Source: Sphagnum compactum
Lineage: Eukaryota
Direction: 5' to 3'
Length of the DNA: 64,000 nucleotides
NCBI GenBank assembly: GCA_965153455.1
Contig: OZ234494.1
Span: 5,394,001-5,458,000 of the forward strand
A model generated the notes under the pieces. The model did not search any database. It was not told the DNA's origin and saw only the letters and a list, made by a program, of their open reading frames with translations. Both the position numbers and the translations under genes were made by a program. Positions 37,861 through 51,400 of the stretch are shown piece by piece; positions within the stretch are counted from its first letter, which is position 1, and the number at the start of each line of letters is the position of its first letter.

Positions 37861-40125
37861 CTTGTTTCTTTCTTGTTTGGGAGTAACTTGACAGCGATGA
37901 GATGAGCAGGAAAGCTTGCGGATATTCCAGCAAGACTAGTAGAGAAGCAAGCTGCAAATCGTTTAGAAGCGAACTTGGCTATATATCTGTGAAAAACCAA
38001 AACAAAGTACGAGCTCGAGAAACTTTGCGAAATACGAAACCCTGAACGATCAGAATGGAAGATACGGAAACACAAGCAAAGGAGGTAAGTCTAGCGAAAG
38101 ACTTGTAAGGAAAGAAAGAAGATCTGGAAACAAACAAAAGAGTCGAGAGAGAAAGACAAAGACAAAGGAAGCACAAGCAAAGGAGGCAAGAGCGTAAGAC
38201 GAGCAAGGAAGGAAGGACGATCGGGAAACAAACGAAGGAGTGAAGAGCGAGAGAGAGAGAGAGACGAAGGAACGGAAGTACAAAGGAAACAAGAGGAAAC
38301 AAAGAAGTTTGTGTTGCCCATATAACTAGGTAAAGTGCACAAGCCATTTGGTTTTACTACTGGTGAACAGGGGTTTCTATTGTTCAATTTTGTCATATCA
38401 AAAACTTTGCCCAATTTTTTCGAAAAAATTTTAGCAAAATTTGTTGAATTTACTCTTTTAAAGAAACAACAAGATTTCCAAAATGTTCCCAATTCCTTTG
38501 TCTAAAAATCATCAAATTTTTCGAACATAAAAGCATTGCTGATCAGCATTTATTTTTGGTTTGTTAATTTTTTTCATCCTGGTCATGTCAAAAGGTAAAA
38601 TCATTGGGAATATTTCGTTGTTGCAATTTCCCCTATTTTTGGAAAAAGTTTTCCAACTTTTCAAGATTTATTATTATTATTTTATTTTTCTTCCCGAAAA
38701 AGTTTCACCACATTTTGACTGACTCTTTAGTGCCTTGGGGCATTTCATAAATTTTCTACTATTTGCTCAATTTTGTAAAAACTTATTGCCAATTTACATT
38801 AAATTTTTTGTGGGATGCGCACTAAGGCTTAATGTTTTTATTCTCTTGTTTTCGTTGCCACATTGGCCATCATTCACAACTTACGAGATTTAGCCACATT
38901 TGGCTATGTAGACCAACTACCAAAGTAGAAAATGTATGAAAATATTTTTATATATGGGCTACTCAAGCTTGAACAATGTATAGATTCAACATGGTGATTG
39001 TATATATATTTCAAATTCTGGACTTTTTTTTTAAAAGGGACTATTTGAAAGAATAATATTTTTTGAAAACAAGTTTCACCAAATGACAAAAAATTGCCAC
39101 AGAAAAAAGAGTAGATGCTACATCATAAATTTGGAAGGAAAAAACATTTTTCATCATGGTGTGTAATCAGCATAATCATTTGGCAAACGAATTTATTATC
39201 TCACACTAAATCTTTAAACCAAAACCTTAGTCCCAAAACCTTAATGTCAGAACCTAAATGTCAATGATAACACAAGATTTTTTCTATATGGATCTTTTAA
39301 TGCCATTAAAATAGGAACCAAATTGTGAGTAAGTGTATAGAGTTGGAGTGTGGTTCAATATAACTTTAACAAACTAGCACTGTAACAATTCTTTTGATTT
39401 TAAAAGAAATTTTCTAATTACCATCAAGGTCACATTTAAAAGAGTTTGATTATATAGTAACCACTATATTAGGTCCAGCATAAACCAAAATTTCAAAGCT
39501 AACACAAAATATTTTTTATGGATATTCTAATGTGGTCAGTAAAAGAACTCAACCATATTGGGTGGATAATCTTTTTACATGGACCCACAAGTATGTTATG
39601 GAAAACACATTCCTTACCCAACTAGTAATCTTTTGTTGCCTTTTAATCATGAGTGTTAAATGCTTCAAATTAAACGAACTTGCTTCTTAATGAATATATA
39701 TTTGAAATTTAACCTTAAATTATTTCAGGCAAAAATAAATTTTGTGAAGTGGGTAAAAAAAATTTATATGAGCAAAATCAATCTACAGCATATATGCATT
39801 TCCATGTTTTAAAATGCACGGGGTCATGATAAACCTATAAAATTTTATGGTAACTAATGGTTGAACATGTTTTCTTTTGGCATTTTTTAATGTTCATAAC
39901 ATTAACTATTCTTGAATTTATTTTACCACTTACTCTTGAAATAGCTTTATATCTTATGGTGATTTACCATCATAAGCATGCTTTGAATGTGTTCTAATGG
40001 ATGTCTTCATTAAAATTCTTTTGTAGGTTGTTTGAAAAAAATTTAGTTCATGGTTGCAATGTGAAATTGCACAAGTAATTGTTTTTCTCCACTTCAAAAT
40101 GTGCCATAATTTTGTAAATATTTTC

Positions 40126-41890
40126 ATTTACCTTATTCACATGGTATTGGTTGTAAATATTTTTTTCATTTACCCTAGGTTTAGCATTTGGGTATAAACA
40201 AATCAATGTAAGTGAAATGGAAATATTCACACAAGTATGGCATATTGCTAAGAGGAAAAAGATAACCCATAATGCAATTGGCATTGCAAACTACAAATTA
40301 TTTTCCCTTTGGCAAAGGTGAACGTAAATTATACATTAGGCCATCAAAATGGCAATAGGGTCAGTCTGAAATGTTTACCAATTGGCTAAGGTAATCAAAA
40401 GGGAAACAAGAAAATTTTACGAAGTGCATAGTGTATAAATATTACCTTCATATAAAGTGCAACAATAAAAAAAACTTACCTACCTTACAATCAAGTTTAT
40501 CACATCCAAAATAGTATGCACAAAAAAGAACTAGTAAATTAATACATGTCCTTTTGGTTTGCACCATGTGTGGTCATTGTTTGAACCGATGTAGTGGTAG
40601 TGATGGGGATCAGTTTACATTCACACAAGTTATTAAAGTTATCCGTAAAGTTACCCTCTCTTTCAGTGGCATCTATCAAACCTAGGTATGAAATGCTGAA
40701 ACTTAGCATTTAATGCACAAGGTTTGAGACTAATTATCGTAGTTGTACAGTTGTAGCAGCAGTGAAAGAGCTCAGGAAAAATGAAAGACAGGATGAAACT
40801 TAGTTTATCACCAGAATTGATGAAAAAACTAGTTTGAGTCCTAGTTATTTTGTTTTCTAAAATTTTCATTGCCAGTTACAAGTTTGATGCCCTATTATGC
40901 CAAAACTGGCCGTTCTTGCCGCCTAATCATGTGACTTTACAAATAACTCTCATCTTGAGTCTTTTCTGAGTTAAGACATTAAAACATTATCAGTGAATGA
41001 GTATTATTATAGAGTATCTTAATAAATATCAAGCTTCAATTTGCATTGCACAGTAACCAAGGGTTCTTCCCACAATTGCCAAACCATCCAAAGACTTTCT
41101 TTCTATTTCTTTTTTTCCATCTTCCTATATGTTTAGTTGTGGATCCATGTGGTTAGTCCATGAAGGCACCCAAGGTTTTTGATAAATCATATGTATGTAA
41201 GTAATTCAGCTTTTTTTGTTTATGGAACCACATTGTAATTTGGCAAGTACTTATCCCAAAACCCCTCTGCATTGACATAGTTGGGCACTTTGTGAAAAGC
41301 ACTTACACATAAGTTCAAAAAAATGAGAATGCAAAACACCATTACTCCCAAAGTAGTGATTTTTTTTTCAATTTTCAAATGTTGTGCCATTGGCTTAACA
41401 TCCAAGAGGGATTTAGCATTAAATGGCGACAAGTTTTTTGAACATGTCTAAACATTCAAAAACTGCTACCAAACTGAAAGCAAAGTTCAAATGTGGCCCC
41501 CAAAAAAAAAAAAGACATTTTCAAAAAACTGGAACTATTTTATTTTTATTTTTCGCATTTTGGCAAAATTTCACACCAAAAGAAAACACTGCCCATAAGG
41601 CTTCCTTATTGTAAAACATTTCTCTAATGTTTTCTTTGTGTTTCAGGTACCATACAGTGAAGTTTTTTCAACAAAAGAAATTTCCAAATTTTTGGAAAAA
41701 TATTTTTAAAGTGTACATTTGACTAATTACCCTAAATTTTCTGCAAAATTAGTTAAATTCACGCTTAAAAAATATTTTTCCAAACATTTGGCAAAAATAT
41801 CACAAAATTTGAAAAACGTGGGTTTCAAAATTTTTGATACAAAAAATTCGGCCAAAACATCACAAAATTGTAAAAATTGCATTTCAAAAT
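40126..41890 (+). repeat. Direct duplication, copy 1 (copy 2 = 43897-45710)
   Basis: Colinear; the ORF track shows identical 70-aa ORFs at 41220 and 45029 (offset 3809). Confidence 0.95.
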
Positions 41891-42629
41891 TTTTGATTTT
41901 TGTGTTTCAAATTTACCTAATTGAACCCATGCATGGCATGGTTAAGATAAATAATGAATATTTCATCAACTTGTCTTATCTTCTGAAATAGTAAACATCT
42001 TTTATTTACATCTCCTGCTACTTGGGTTGACAATTTTGCAAAGCTTAATATTATCTTTACCTTAAATACCCAACTTGGAAAATTGAAGTTTAAATATACC
42101 TTTATCCATTTAAATCTACTTCTCACCAATTTTGTAAAGTTTATGGAAGTAGATTCAATTGCAATACATATGAAGGATGTGGTTCTTCAATTTTTTTATA
42201 ATAAAATAAATTTTATTCATATATTAATCATTGCACTATATAATATTTTCTACTTTCAATTCACCACAACTTCCTTATGACTACTTGTCATTTTTGTGAC
42301 AAGGAACAAAAATTATTTATTTTATCATGTGTTTGCCTTTGCCATGCAACTTGGTGAATATTAAATAATCTTAGTCAATTATTGATTTTTGACCTAGTTA
42401 TCAAGTTGGTTATCAATTTAAACACTTATGCAAAATACATAAATAATAATTTTTTAATTTTAATTTTTTAAAAACCTTCTAACCAACTACTAATTCACAT
42501 GATAACAAATCATTGTTGATTGGTTATTGTATAAACTACCCTTATGCATAACTAACAACTATTATTTCTTTAAAAAAATATTAGTATCAATAACCTGTGT
42601 GGTTTTAATTATTTTTTTAAAAAACCTAC

Positions 42630-44025
42630 CTGGTGGTTATTAAAAATAAACGTGGCCAACATTTGTATTAAGATTCTAAAAATTGGAAAACAATTTAGAG
42701 GGTTTTTAATCACCAAATTTCACCCAATATCTTAATGAAATCATCTGATTTTGGGAAAAAATAAAAATAAAAATAAAATTTCAAGATTTTTATGTCAGGT
42801 TCCAGCAGGTGGTGTAACATAGAAAGATGCTTTTTAAAAAAAAATTGGCTAAATCTTTTCATAGAAGAATGCCACTTCAATACGTCAGAAACTGGAAAAA
42901 AAAAAAGCAAACCTTGGGTATCAATGTCATATTAGGAGTTGGATTGTTTGCTAACTAAACAAAAGCAGATCCACCCACACCCAATATGATTCTGAGCCTC
43001 TACCTGTATCTAGTGTTGAGTTGTTATAGCAATTTTAATACATCAGCCAGGTCAGGGTGAAATTCAAAATTCAAAAAATGTATGAGGTGCGTGAAGGTAT
43101 ATAGATTTCAACAAATTTCCAAACTAAGAGTAAGGGTATGTAGCCTTTACAAAATTATTGTTATGAATAAGGCTAAAAGTCATGACAAACATTTATCCTA
43201 TTCACATGGTATTGGTAGTAAATATTTTTCTCATTTACCTTTAGTTTAGCATTTGGGTATAAATTGATCAATGTGAGTTCAATCAAAATATTTACACAAG
43301 TATGGCATATTGCTATGAAGAAATATGTAAATAAAAGAGATTGTACATGGTGGTTTTAAAAAAACAAAAACTCACCAACATTCATATTAACATTCTAAAA
43401 ATTGGAAATAAAAGTTTTAGAGGGTTTAATCACCAAATTTCACCCAAAAACTTAATGAAGTCATCTGATTTTGGGAAAATGAAAATAAAAATAAAAATTT
43501 CAAGATTTCTATGTCAGGTTCCCATAGGTACTGTAACATAGAAGGATGCTTTAAAAAAAATCCTTTGGCTAAATCTTTTCATGGAAGATGCCACTTCAAT
43601 ATGTCACAAACAAAAAAAAGGCAAACCTTGAATATTGATGTCATATTAGGAGTTCGATTGTTTTGCTAACTTAATAAAAGCAGATCCACCCACACCCAAT
43701 ACGGTTTTGAGCCTCTACCTGTATTTAGTGTTGGGTTGCTATAGCAATTTTAACACATCAGTCAAGCCAGGGTGAAATTCAAAAAATGTATGAGGTGGGT
43801 GTCGGTATATAAATTTCAACAAATTTCCAAACTATGAATAAGGGCATGTAGCCTTCCAAAATTATTGTTTTGAATAGGCTAAAAAAAATGAAAAATATTT
43901 ACCCTATTCACATGGTATTGGTTGTAAATATTTTTTTCATTTACCCTAGGTTTAGCATTTGGGTATAAATGAATCGATTTAAGTGAAATCAAAATATTTA
44001 CACAACTATGGCATATTGCTAAAAG
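42630..44025 (+). repeat. Tandem duplication, ~715-bp unit (42630-43320 / 43350-44025)
   Basis: ATTCTAAAAATTGGAAA...AATCACCAAATTTCACCCAA...GCAGATCCACCCACACCCAATA...ATTCACATGGTATTGG occurs twice. Confidence 0.9.
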
Positions 44026-45710
44026 GAGAAAGATAGCCCCTATTGCAATTGGCATTGCAAATTACAAATTACTTTCCCTTGGGAAAGATGAACCTAAAAT
44101 ATACATGACGCCATCAAAATGGTAATAGTGTAAGTCTGAAATGTTTAGCAATTGGCTAGGATAATAAAAAAGGAAGCAAGAAAATTTTACAAGTGCATAG
44201 TCTATATATATTTACCCTTGTATAAATTGCAACAATATCCAGGTCAAAATAACTTACCTACCCCACAATCATGTCTGTCACATCCAAAATAGTAAGCACA
44301 AAAAAGAGCTAGTAAATTAATATATGTCCTTTTGATTTGCACCGTGTCGAGTCATTGTTAGAACCGTATTAGTGGTAGTGATGGGGACCAATTTACACTC
44401 ACACAGGTTATTAAAGTTATCTGTAAAATTACCCTCTCTTTCAGTGGTATCTATTAAATCTAAGTATGAAATACTGAAACCCAGCATTTAATGCACAAGG
44501 TTTGAGAGTAATTATAGTAGTTGCACAAGTAGAAGCAGTGAAAATATATGTAGCAGCCGTGAAGGAGCTCAGGAAAAATGAAAGACAGGATGAAACTTAG
44601 TTTACCACCAAAATTGATGAAAAAAATTATTTTGGTGAAAAATTAGTTTGGGTCCTCATTATTTTGTTTTGTAAAATTTTCATTCCCAATTATACGTTTG
44701 ATGCCCTGTTATGCCAAAACTTGTTGTTCTCGGCCCATATCCTATGACTTTAGGGATAACTCTGATCTTGCGTCTTTTTTGAGTTAAGATTCAACACATT
44801 ATCAGTGGAGTAAAATTATAGAATATCTTAATAAATATCAAGCTTCAATTTGCATTGCACAGTAACCAAGGGTTCTTCCCACAATTGCCAAACCATCCAA
44901 AGACTTTCTTTCTATTTCTTTTTTTCCATCTTCCTATATGTTTAGTTGTGGATCCATGTGGTTAGTCCATGAAGGCACCCAAGGTTTTTGATAAATCATA
45001 TGTATGTAAGTAATTCAGCTTTTTTTGTTTATGGAACCACATTGTAATTTGGCAAGTACTTATCCCAAAACCCCTCTGCATTGACATAGTTGGGCACTTT
45101 GTGAAAAGCACTTACACATAAGTTCAAAAAAATGAGAATGCAAAACACCATTACTCCCAAAGTAGTGATTTTTTTTTCAATTTTCAAATGTTGTGCCATT
45201 GGCTTAACATCCAAGAGGGATTTAGCATTAAATGGCGACAAGTTTTTTGAACATGTCTAAACATTCAAAAACTGCTACCAAACTGAAAGCAAAGTTCAAA
45301 TGTGGCCCCCAAAAAAAAAAAACAACATTTTCAAAAAACTGGAACCATTTTATTTTTATTTTTCGCATTTTGGCAAAATTTCACACCAAAAGAAAACACT
45401 GCCCATAAGGCTTCCTTATTGTAAACCATTTCTCTAATGTTTTCTTTGTGTTTGCAGGTACCATACAGTGAAGTTTTTTCAACAAAAGAAATTTCCAAAT
45501 TTTTGGAAAAATATTTTTAAAGTGTACATTTGACTAATTACCCTAAATTTTTTGCAAAAATTAGTTAAATTCACGCTTAAAAAATATTTTTCCAAAAATT
45601 TGGCAAAAATATCACAAAAATTGCAAAACGTGGGTTTCAAAATTTTTGATACAAAAAATTCGGCCAAAACATCGGATAATTGTAAAAAATACATTTCAAA
45701 ATTTTTGATA
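43897..45710 (+). repeat. Direct duplication, copy 2 of 40126-41890
   Basis: See copy 1. Confidence 0.95.
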
Positions 45711-47319
45711 TCAAAAAATTTGGCCAAAATATCATAAAATTGAAAAAAAATATTCCTGCTATGAGTCTTCTCTTCACAAACTTTCACCCAGACTGGGTTG
45801 TACCCCTATGAATTTCAAAGATCCTCCCAACATGTTCCTTCTAAATACCATCAGTCCTCTAAGTGTAGGGAAGGACGCACACTCCACTCCACCCTCACAC
45901 GGACCCAAAAAGCTCACTGCCAAAGGGCTTTACCAATCTTAAAGACTGCACTCAGATTTTACAAAATATTCTCATGATACCTTTGTGGATATCAGGTGGG
46001 TACCCGCCAGGTATCACAGGAAGCAATGACGCTGGCATTTTGGGAAATGGATTGCCTGCACCTTATGGGCATTTAATTCTTCAAACTGCACAAGTTTTTA
46101 CACTCTGGAACTTGCTCTCTAAAAGTATCAAGGAGGTCTTTACGGCAATAGCAAAGCCCTGGGTTGGTCATTAAATAGTGGGCTTAGGGTGAGGTAGTAA
46201 CTAAGTCCAGCCTCACATTTTTTGAATGTTATACACCCATGGCCATTACCAACTGTCTAGCACAAGGTGCACCTTATCATAAACCTAAACATACAGAGAT
46301 CAGAAGGTTGTAGGAGGAGACAGCTCTTACACCTACTATTAAGGAACAGGATAAAAGTCGTGACACCTATAAGTAGGTATAGGATCCCTTGCTCCAGAAT
46401 AGTACATTGCATTAATGCAATGGTCTTTTTGCGATTGACTTGCAATTTTTTGGGGTGAACATTTGGGTGTCTATACAATTTTTATCTCCATTTGGCTGAC
46501 AATCATTTTTACATCGGTTTGCTTATCAAGTGTCCAATGTCCAAAAACCTCTCTAACTGGTGTAAACTTGTCGAATAATGTTATCAAAAGCACCAATAAA
46601 ACATAAAATGGAAAAAGAGAAAGGAAAAATGTAAGTCCTATTTGAATTTGCAAAATTGTCTAACCCAATCTCTAGGAATGGAAGAAAACATTTGACCATA
46701 AAAATGAAGACAATGTCCAACAATCATACAAATTGTAATAGATCAAATGATGAGATACTTAAATAGTTTGATGCTGAAAGACTATTGCAAAATACATGAG
46801 TTTTTTTCAATGTTGGATTATTTCAGCCAAAAGTGGTGATTATCAGTAGCAAGTCAGTGCATCTTCATGGCAGTTGGGCACTCATGCTGTTTCCTTTGTT
46901 GGTGTGTAAAACTGTAGCAAAAGAGCAAATGATACAAACCACAAGTAAAAATGCATGTAAAAATTTGACACAATGAGAACTTAATGAGTTAAGGATTAAT
47001 TTTAATTTGTTGTTGAACTTCATACCTTTACAAACACTTTTTTTAATTTAAATTTTAGCATTGAAGAGTGTGTACATGAAATTGGACCTGATTTTTCGAC
47101 TGGCATGGAGCTTCTTGAATTTGAAACAATATGCTAGATCCAAAAGGCTGTAAAAATTGAAAGAACTGGGTTGAAACCCTCATTTAGAAAACCTCCAAAT
47201 AAGTTTTAAATGTCAAAAGTGGGACTGGAGATTCTCTTCAAAGAAAGAACCACACAACACTAGACCAAACCCTCACCAGAGGTTAGAATATATATATTGG
47301 CATATAACTGGTGAAGGTC

Positions 47320-47560
47320 AAAATTTGAAAGACCCAGCCCCGGCTTGACTTTGCAAAAAATTTAACCAGCAACCAACCAGTTGTTCTTTCATGAAACCCA
47401 ATGGTTCTTTGAGGTTTTTGGAATACCTGAAGCAGGCGGTTCTTTGATTCGAATTTTTTTCAAATACCCAGAACTGGCCAATTCTTTGATTCTGTGTTTT
47501 TAAGTAGGCACCCAGAACAGGCAGTTCTTTGAAAAATCAAAGAACCGCCCAGCACTGGAA
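47320..47560. repeat. Dispersed MITE-like repeat built from GGTTCTTTGA/TCAAAGAACC words (also 48520-48810)
   Basis: Multiple GTTCTTTG and CAAAGAAC words in both orientations at both loci. Confidence 0.55.
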
Positions 47561-49640
47561 ATTACTGTCCACCTTCCATCTGTGTGCTGGTGACTGTTGG
47601 TTCACTGTGGGTCTTTATCTGCAGGAAGACTCAAGGGAAGAGATGCAATGCTGGAAGAAGAGGCCAAACCATGAGCATGGACATTGGACATGCAAAGTGT
47701 TGTCACCAACCTAGAGATCTGCTTTGTTGTGCCCTGGGACTATCGCATTGGATCCAACTTTTGGAAGTTTTACCTTATTAGAACCAGTTTCACATTGGGT
47801 GAACTGGTTTCTTTGGTGAAAGTGTTTAGACTGTTTAAATTGGAACCGATTGTTTTGGCGTTCAGGGTGTGGACACAGTAGATAGATGTACAACATCTTA
47901 TCTATTGGCAGGGTCAGCGTGTCTGTGATGCCTTGTTTTTTTGTCCTTTTCTTCTGCTGATACCCATTGGGGATCACAGGAAAAAAAGAAAAAAATTGGG
48001 GATTTTTTTTAAAAAATTGGAATGCTGCTGGAGCAGACATTCTGTTTCTTGAGATTTCCACTCCCAAACAGCTAAGTAACTTCCGCTCCAAGTACACTAC
48101 AAAAGTTGGAGCAGGTTTTTCAATAAAATGCAAATAAATCATAGATAAAGATGATGACAATTGCATGTTCTTAGAATGATTATCCCCATTTCTAGTTTAG
48201 TAGAGTTTCATAAAAGCTTTAGCAGAAGTCTGCAACTATGATTGTACATTCATCAGTAAAGTACAACCTGTATAGTTAGTATGTTCAAGTCCTTCAAAGT
48301 ATGTGATGATAATCATGATGAAGCATGATATTCAAATAATTTGGAGCCTGGATTTTATTTTTTCAATTCTGTGGGTGAAAAAACTTGGTGAATATTGCCA
48401 AAAACCAGAAAGTTACTGAAAATTGCACTGCAAAACAGATTTGTCCAGAACTTCCTCCAAAACCATTTGCCAGCTGATTGCCAAATTTGCCACAGAAATA
48501 AAAATCTGATTGGGAGTACAAACCATTGTTGGGTGGCTCTTTGAGTTTTTGAAGAACTGCTGGTTCGGGTTCTTTAAATGTTGCAGACTCAAAGAACCAC
48601 CCAATTCCTCTTCTTTGAAAAAAATTTACTTAAAGAACCAGTGATTTTCATGAAAGTACTGGCAAAGAACTTGGGATTCTTTTGTCTGGTTCGGTGACTT
48701 TTTTCAGATTTGTTAGGGAATTTTAATATAACTGACAAGTAAATGTCAATATACCCGGGATGATAACTGGTAGGTATTTTTCCCTGATTTTAAGAAACAC
48801 CCAGCACTGGTGCAAACTATCAATTAAAGGAAGTTTTGTCAAGAGTGTGAGACCGAACTTTTGTAGCATTTGAAGGGTGAAAGAAAATAAGAATAACTTG
48901 GGTCAATAAAGTTATCTCCAGACCAAAGGAAGATTTGTTATCCCTCTTGCAGCCACAGTGACAGTGACATTCATAACATTGTAAATCATGCAACATATTG
49001 TGTTGTGTAGAAATAAAGCCCTAAGTTAGGGTATTTCTAAAATAATGGGCATATGACGAGGTGCTAGCCTGGTTTGATCCTGAACTTTTGGGAATATGCT
49101 AACCCATAGGCTTTACCCTTCGTGTGCACCAGGCGAATGTTATAAAATATATGTAGATCACAACTTGTAGGAGAGTGACATTCTTATATCTTCAATAACT
49201 CCATAGAAATAAGAAGGGGACCGTGAGGTGAGTAGTTTTCAATCAGCTGTCGAACTTCAGCATTCTCTTACTATTCCTAATTTGAGTTGTTCAGTCTTAA
49301 TATTTTTTGATTTTTTTTTGTTTTGGTTTCTTTCTTTCCACAAGATCGAATTCCCAATCTTCAAGGATTTGGTGATGGCAAAGGTCTTGAGGTTTTCAAC
49401 TTTCGTTTGTTTGAAAACAAAGTAGGATGACATCAGTTACACCTCTGTTCTTCTCTTCGAGTCTAATGATCTATGTTCACTTTCAAACATGAGTAGAGCT
49501 CTTGTGTTCCTAGTTGGATCAACATAAAGTTCTATGAAGGAAGGTCGGTAGGAAATTACATTGCCTTCTAGTTGTGCTAAAGATAATTCACAAGAAATAT
49601 TTGCATTGTCTTTTTTTTTCATGAATAAATTCATTTTGCA

Positions 49641-50302
49641 ATGGTGAATGATTATCATTTGATTTTTAACTTGAATGGTGTTCTTGTGTCGACTGGTGAT
49701 GGTCAAACTAGATCTTGCCTAGTGCTTTTGAAACTTGGCTTAAAAGAGTTCATTTTCGCTTGTGTAAAAAAATCACCATTTAATATGGTCAATTGCAATG
49801 AAAAGAAACTTTTCAAGGCACTTGGAATTAATCGCTGAAAAAATTGGTGTTCTTCTTCTGTCTTCTAGAATAGTGGACTAGACATTATGGCTCAAAAATG
49901 ATCACTTCTTGCTCAAAAAGTTTGACAAGCTTATTTTTCATAAAAACATATTTAAAAAATTCGTCTATTTCCTAGTATGACCTTTGAGAATACCTTGCTA
50001 GTAGATGATACGCCTCACAAAGGTATATATAATCCTTGTTTTAATGTCATCTTCTTTGACACCTTTTGTGGATCCAACATGAACATAATTACTTTCTCAG
50101 AATGGTTCTCCCTTACTTGGAATCCTTGTATTCGTCCGGAATGCGGGTGTATAAAGTTGTAAAATTGCATCCTTTTGGTAGCATAACATATGTGCTTCCC
50201 AATGACCCTCAGCATGAAAAATTGGATGTTTGTTGTTTTACTAAACGTGATGAAACATATTGTAACAAAATGAAATCAAAATCTGTAAATAAAAAGAAGT
50301 GA
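49641..50302 (+). pseudogene. FCP1/NIF-family HAD phosphatase pseudogene (copy 1)
   Basis: YHLIFNLNGVLV (motif I), GLKEFIFACV, IFHKN, ENTLLVDDTPHKGIYNP (motif IV), LPYLESL...HPFG; stops and frameshifts; no introns evident. Confidence 0.85.
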
Positions 50303-50709
50303 AATATATTTATTTATTTATTATTAAATTATTTTGCACAAATGGTTTAAAATTTTGAATTAAAATGCATGGATTTTTATCTTTATTATTTGTTGGCTAG
50401 CCTTATTGATTGAATCCAATGTAATGTGTTTTTCCATACAAATGATCAAAATTATCCATTTGACAAACATATTATTCTAGGCTGTTATAAACCATTCTAG
50501 GATTTGTTTGCATGGACCAATAACTAATTATTGGTAGGAAATGGACATTTTGTTATCAATTCAATAATTTTTGTAATTTTGGAAAACACATTATTCTTTC
50601 ATGAATATGTATTGTGTTTTACTAATAGATTTTGTTGTTGTTTTAGTTCAATGTTTCCTCCAGGCCAAGTGCCCTCATCAAAGGCACTTTAATACATTCA
50701 CCTCATTGT

Positions 50710-51400
50710 TCACTACCTTTTGGACCTAAAAGATTGTTGATTCTCAGCCTCAATGGTGTGTTGTGTTATTTCCTAGATTCAACTATTCTGCAAGGGTATG
50801 TTAAAGTGTTTGGTTCAAAAATGTTGACAAGACCAAGTGAAAGTTAGAATTGGAGTGGAAAATTTTCTTGCAAAGGCATTTGAAAAGTTTTACATCACAA
50901 TTTGGTCTTGTATGAAACTCAAAGATGTGCTAGAAATTCTTCCAATGCTGATGCTTAATAATTTCATGAATCAATTTGTTTTCATTTGGGGACGTGAGCA
51001 ATGTTCTAAGATGTTTAGTGAAATTTCACCTAAGTTCCATTATTATTGAAAGGATTTGAAAGGCATGTAGTATGCTTGCTACAGGTTACCTTATGGGAAG
51101 GAGGATCAAACATTACTCATTGATGATGAACCTAGTAAGGCATTTTGGAATCCAAACTAAAATGGTTTTTTTCTTGAATCATTCAAAGGATAGAGCTTAT
51201 CAAAAACCAAGGTGCAATGGTTGGACTTGGCATTTCGTTTGTGGCCATTGTTGTTTGAATTATCATTTGCAAATAATGTTTGAGCTCATTATGAGGTTAT
51301 GGTCAAATATTCTAAACCTTGTTTAAGTTCCTCCTTGAGAAATTATTATTGGTTCCTCCAACATATGGTTAATGATAATGGCAATGTTTGCAATAACTAG
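50710..51400 (+). pseudogene. FCP1/NIF-family HAD phosphatase pseudogene (copy 2, divergent)
   Basis: KRLLILSLNGVLCY, VRIGVENFLAKAFEKFYITIWSCM, FVFIWGREQC, KDL, TLLIDDEPSKAFWNP; stops and frameshifts. Confidence 0.85.

Noticed and set aside
37979-38492. Overlapping Leu/Phe/Ser-rich minus-strand ORFs
   Set aside because: Artefact of the pyrimidine-rich leader and a MITE upstream of the 37860 gene.
41220-41432. Identical 70-aa ORFs at 41220 and 45029
   Set aside because: The identity reflects the DNA duplication; the ORFs overlap MITE-like sequence and lack an ATG start.
46180-46216. H-type pseudoknot (GGGCTTAG/CTAAGTCC plus GTGAGG/CCTCAC)
   Set aside because: The 2-nt loop 3 is too short to cross an 8-bp stem; more likely alternative pairings.
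46279-46292. Telomerase RNA template
   Set aside because: AAACCTAAAC lacks a C relative to the plant template, and I saw no USE/TATA promoter.
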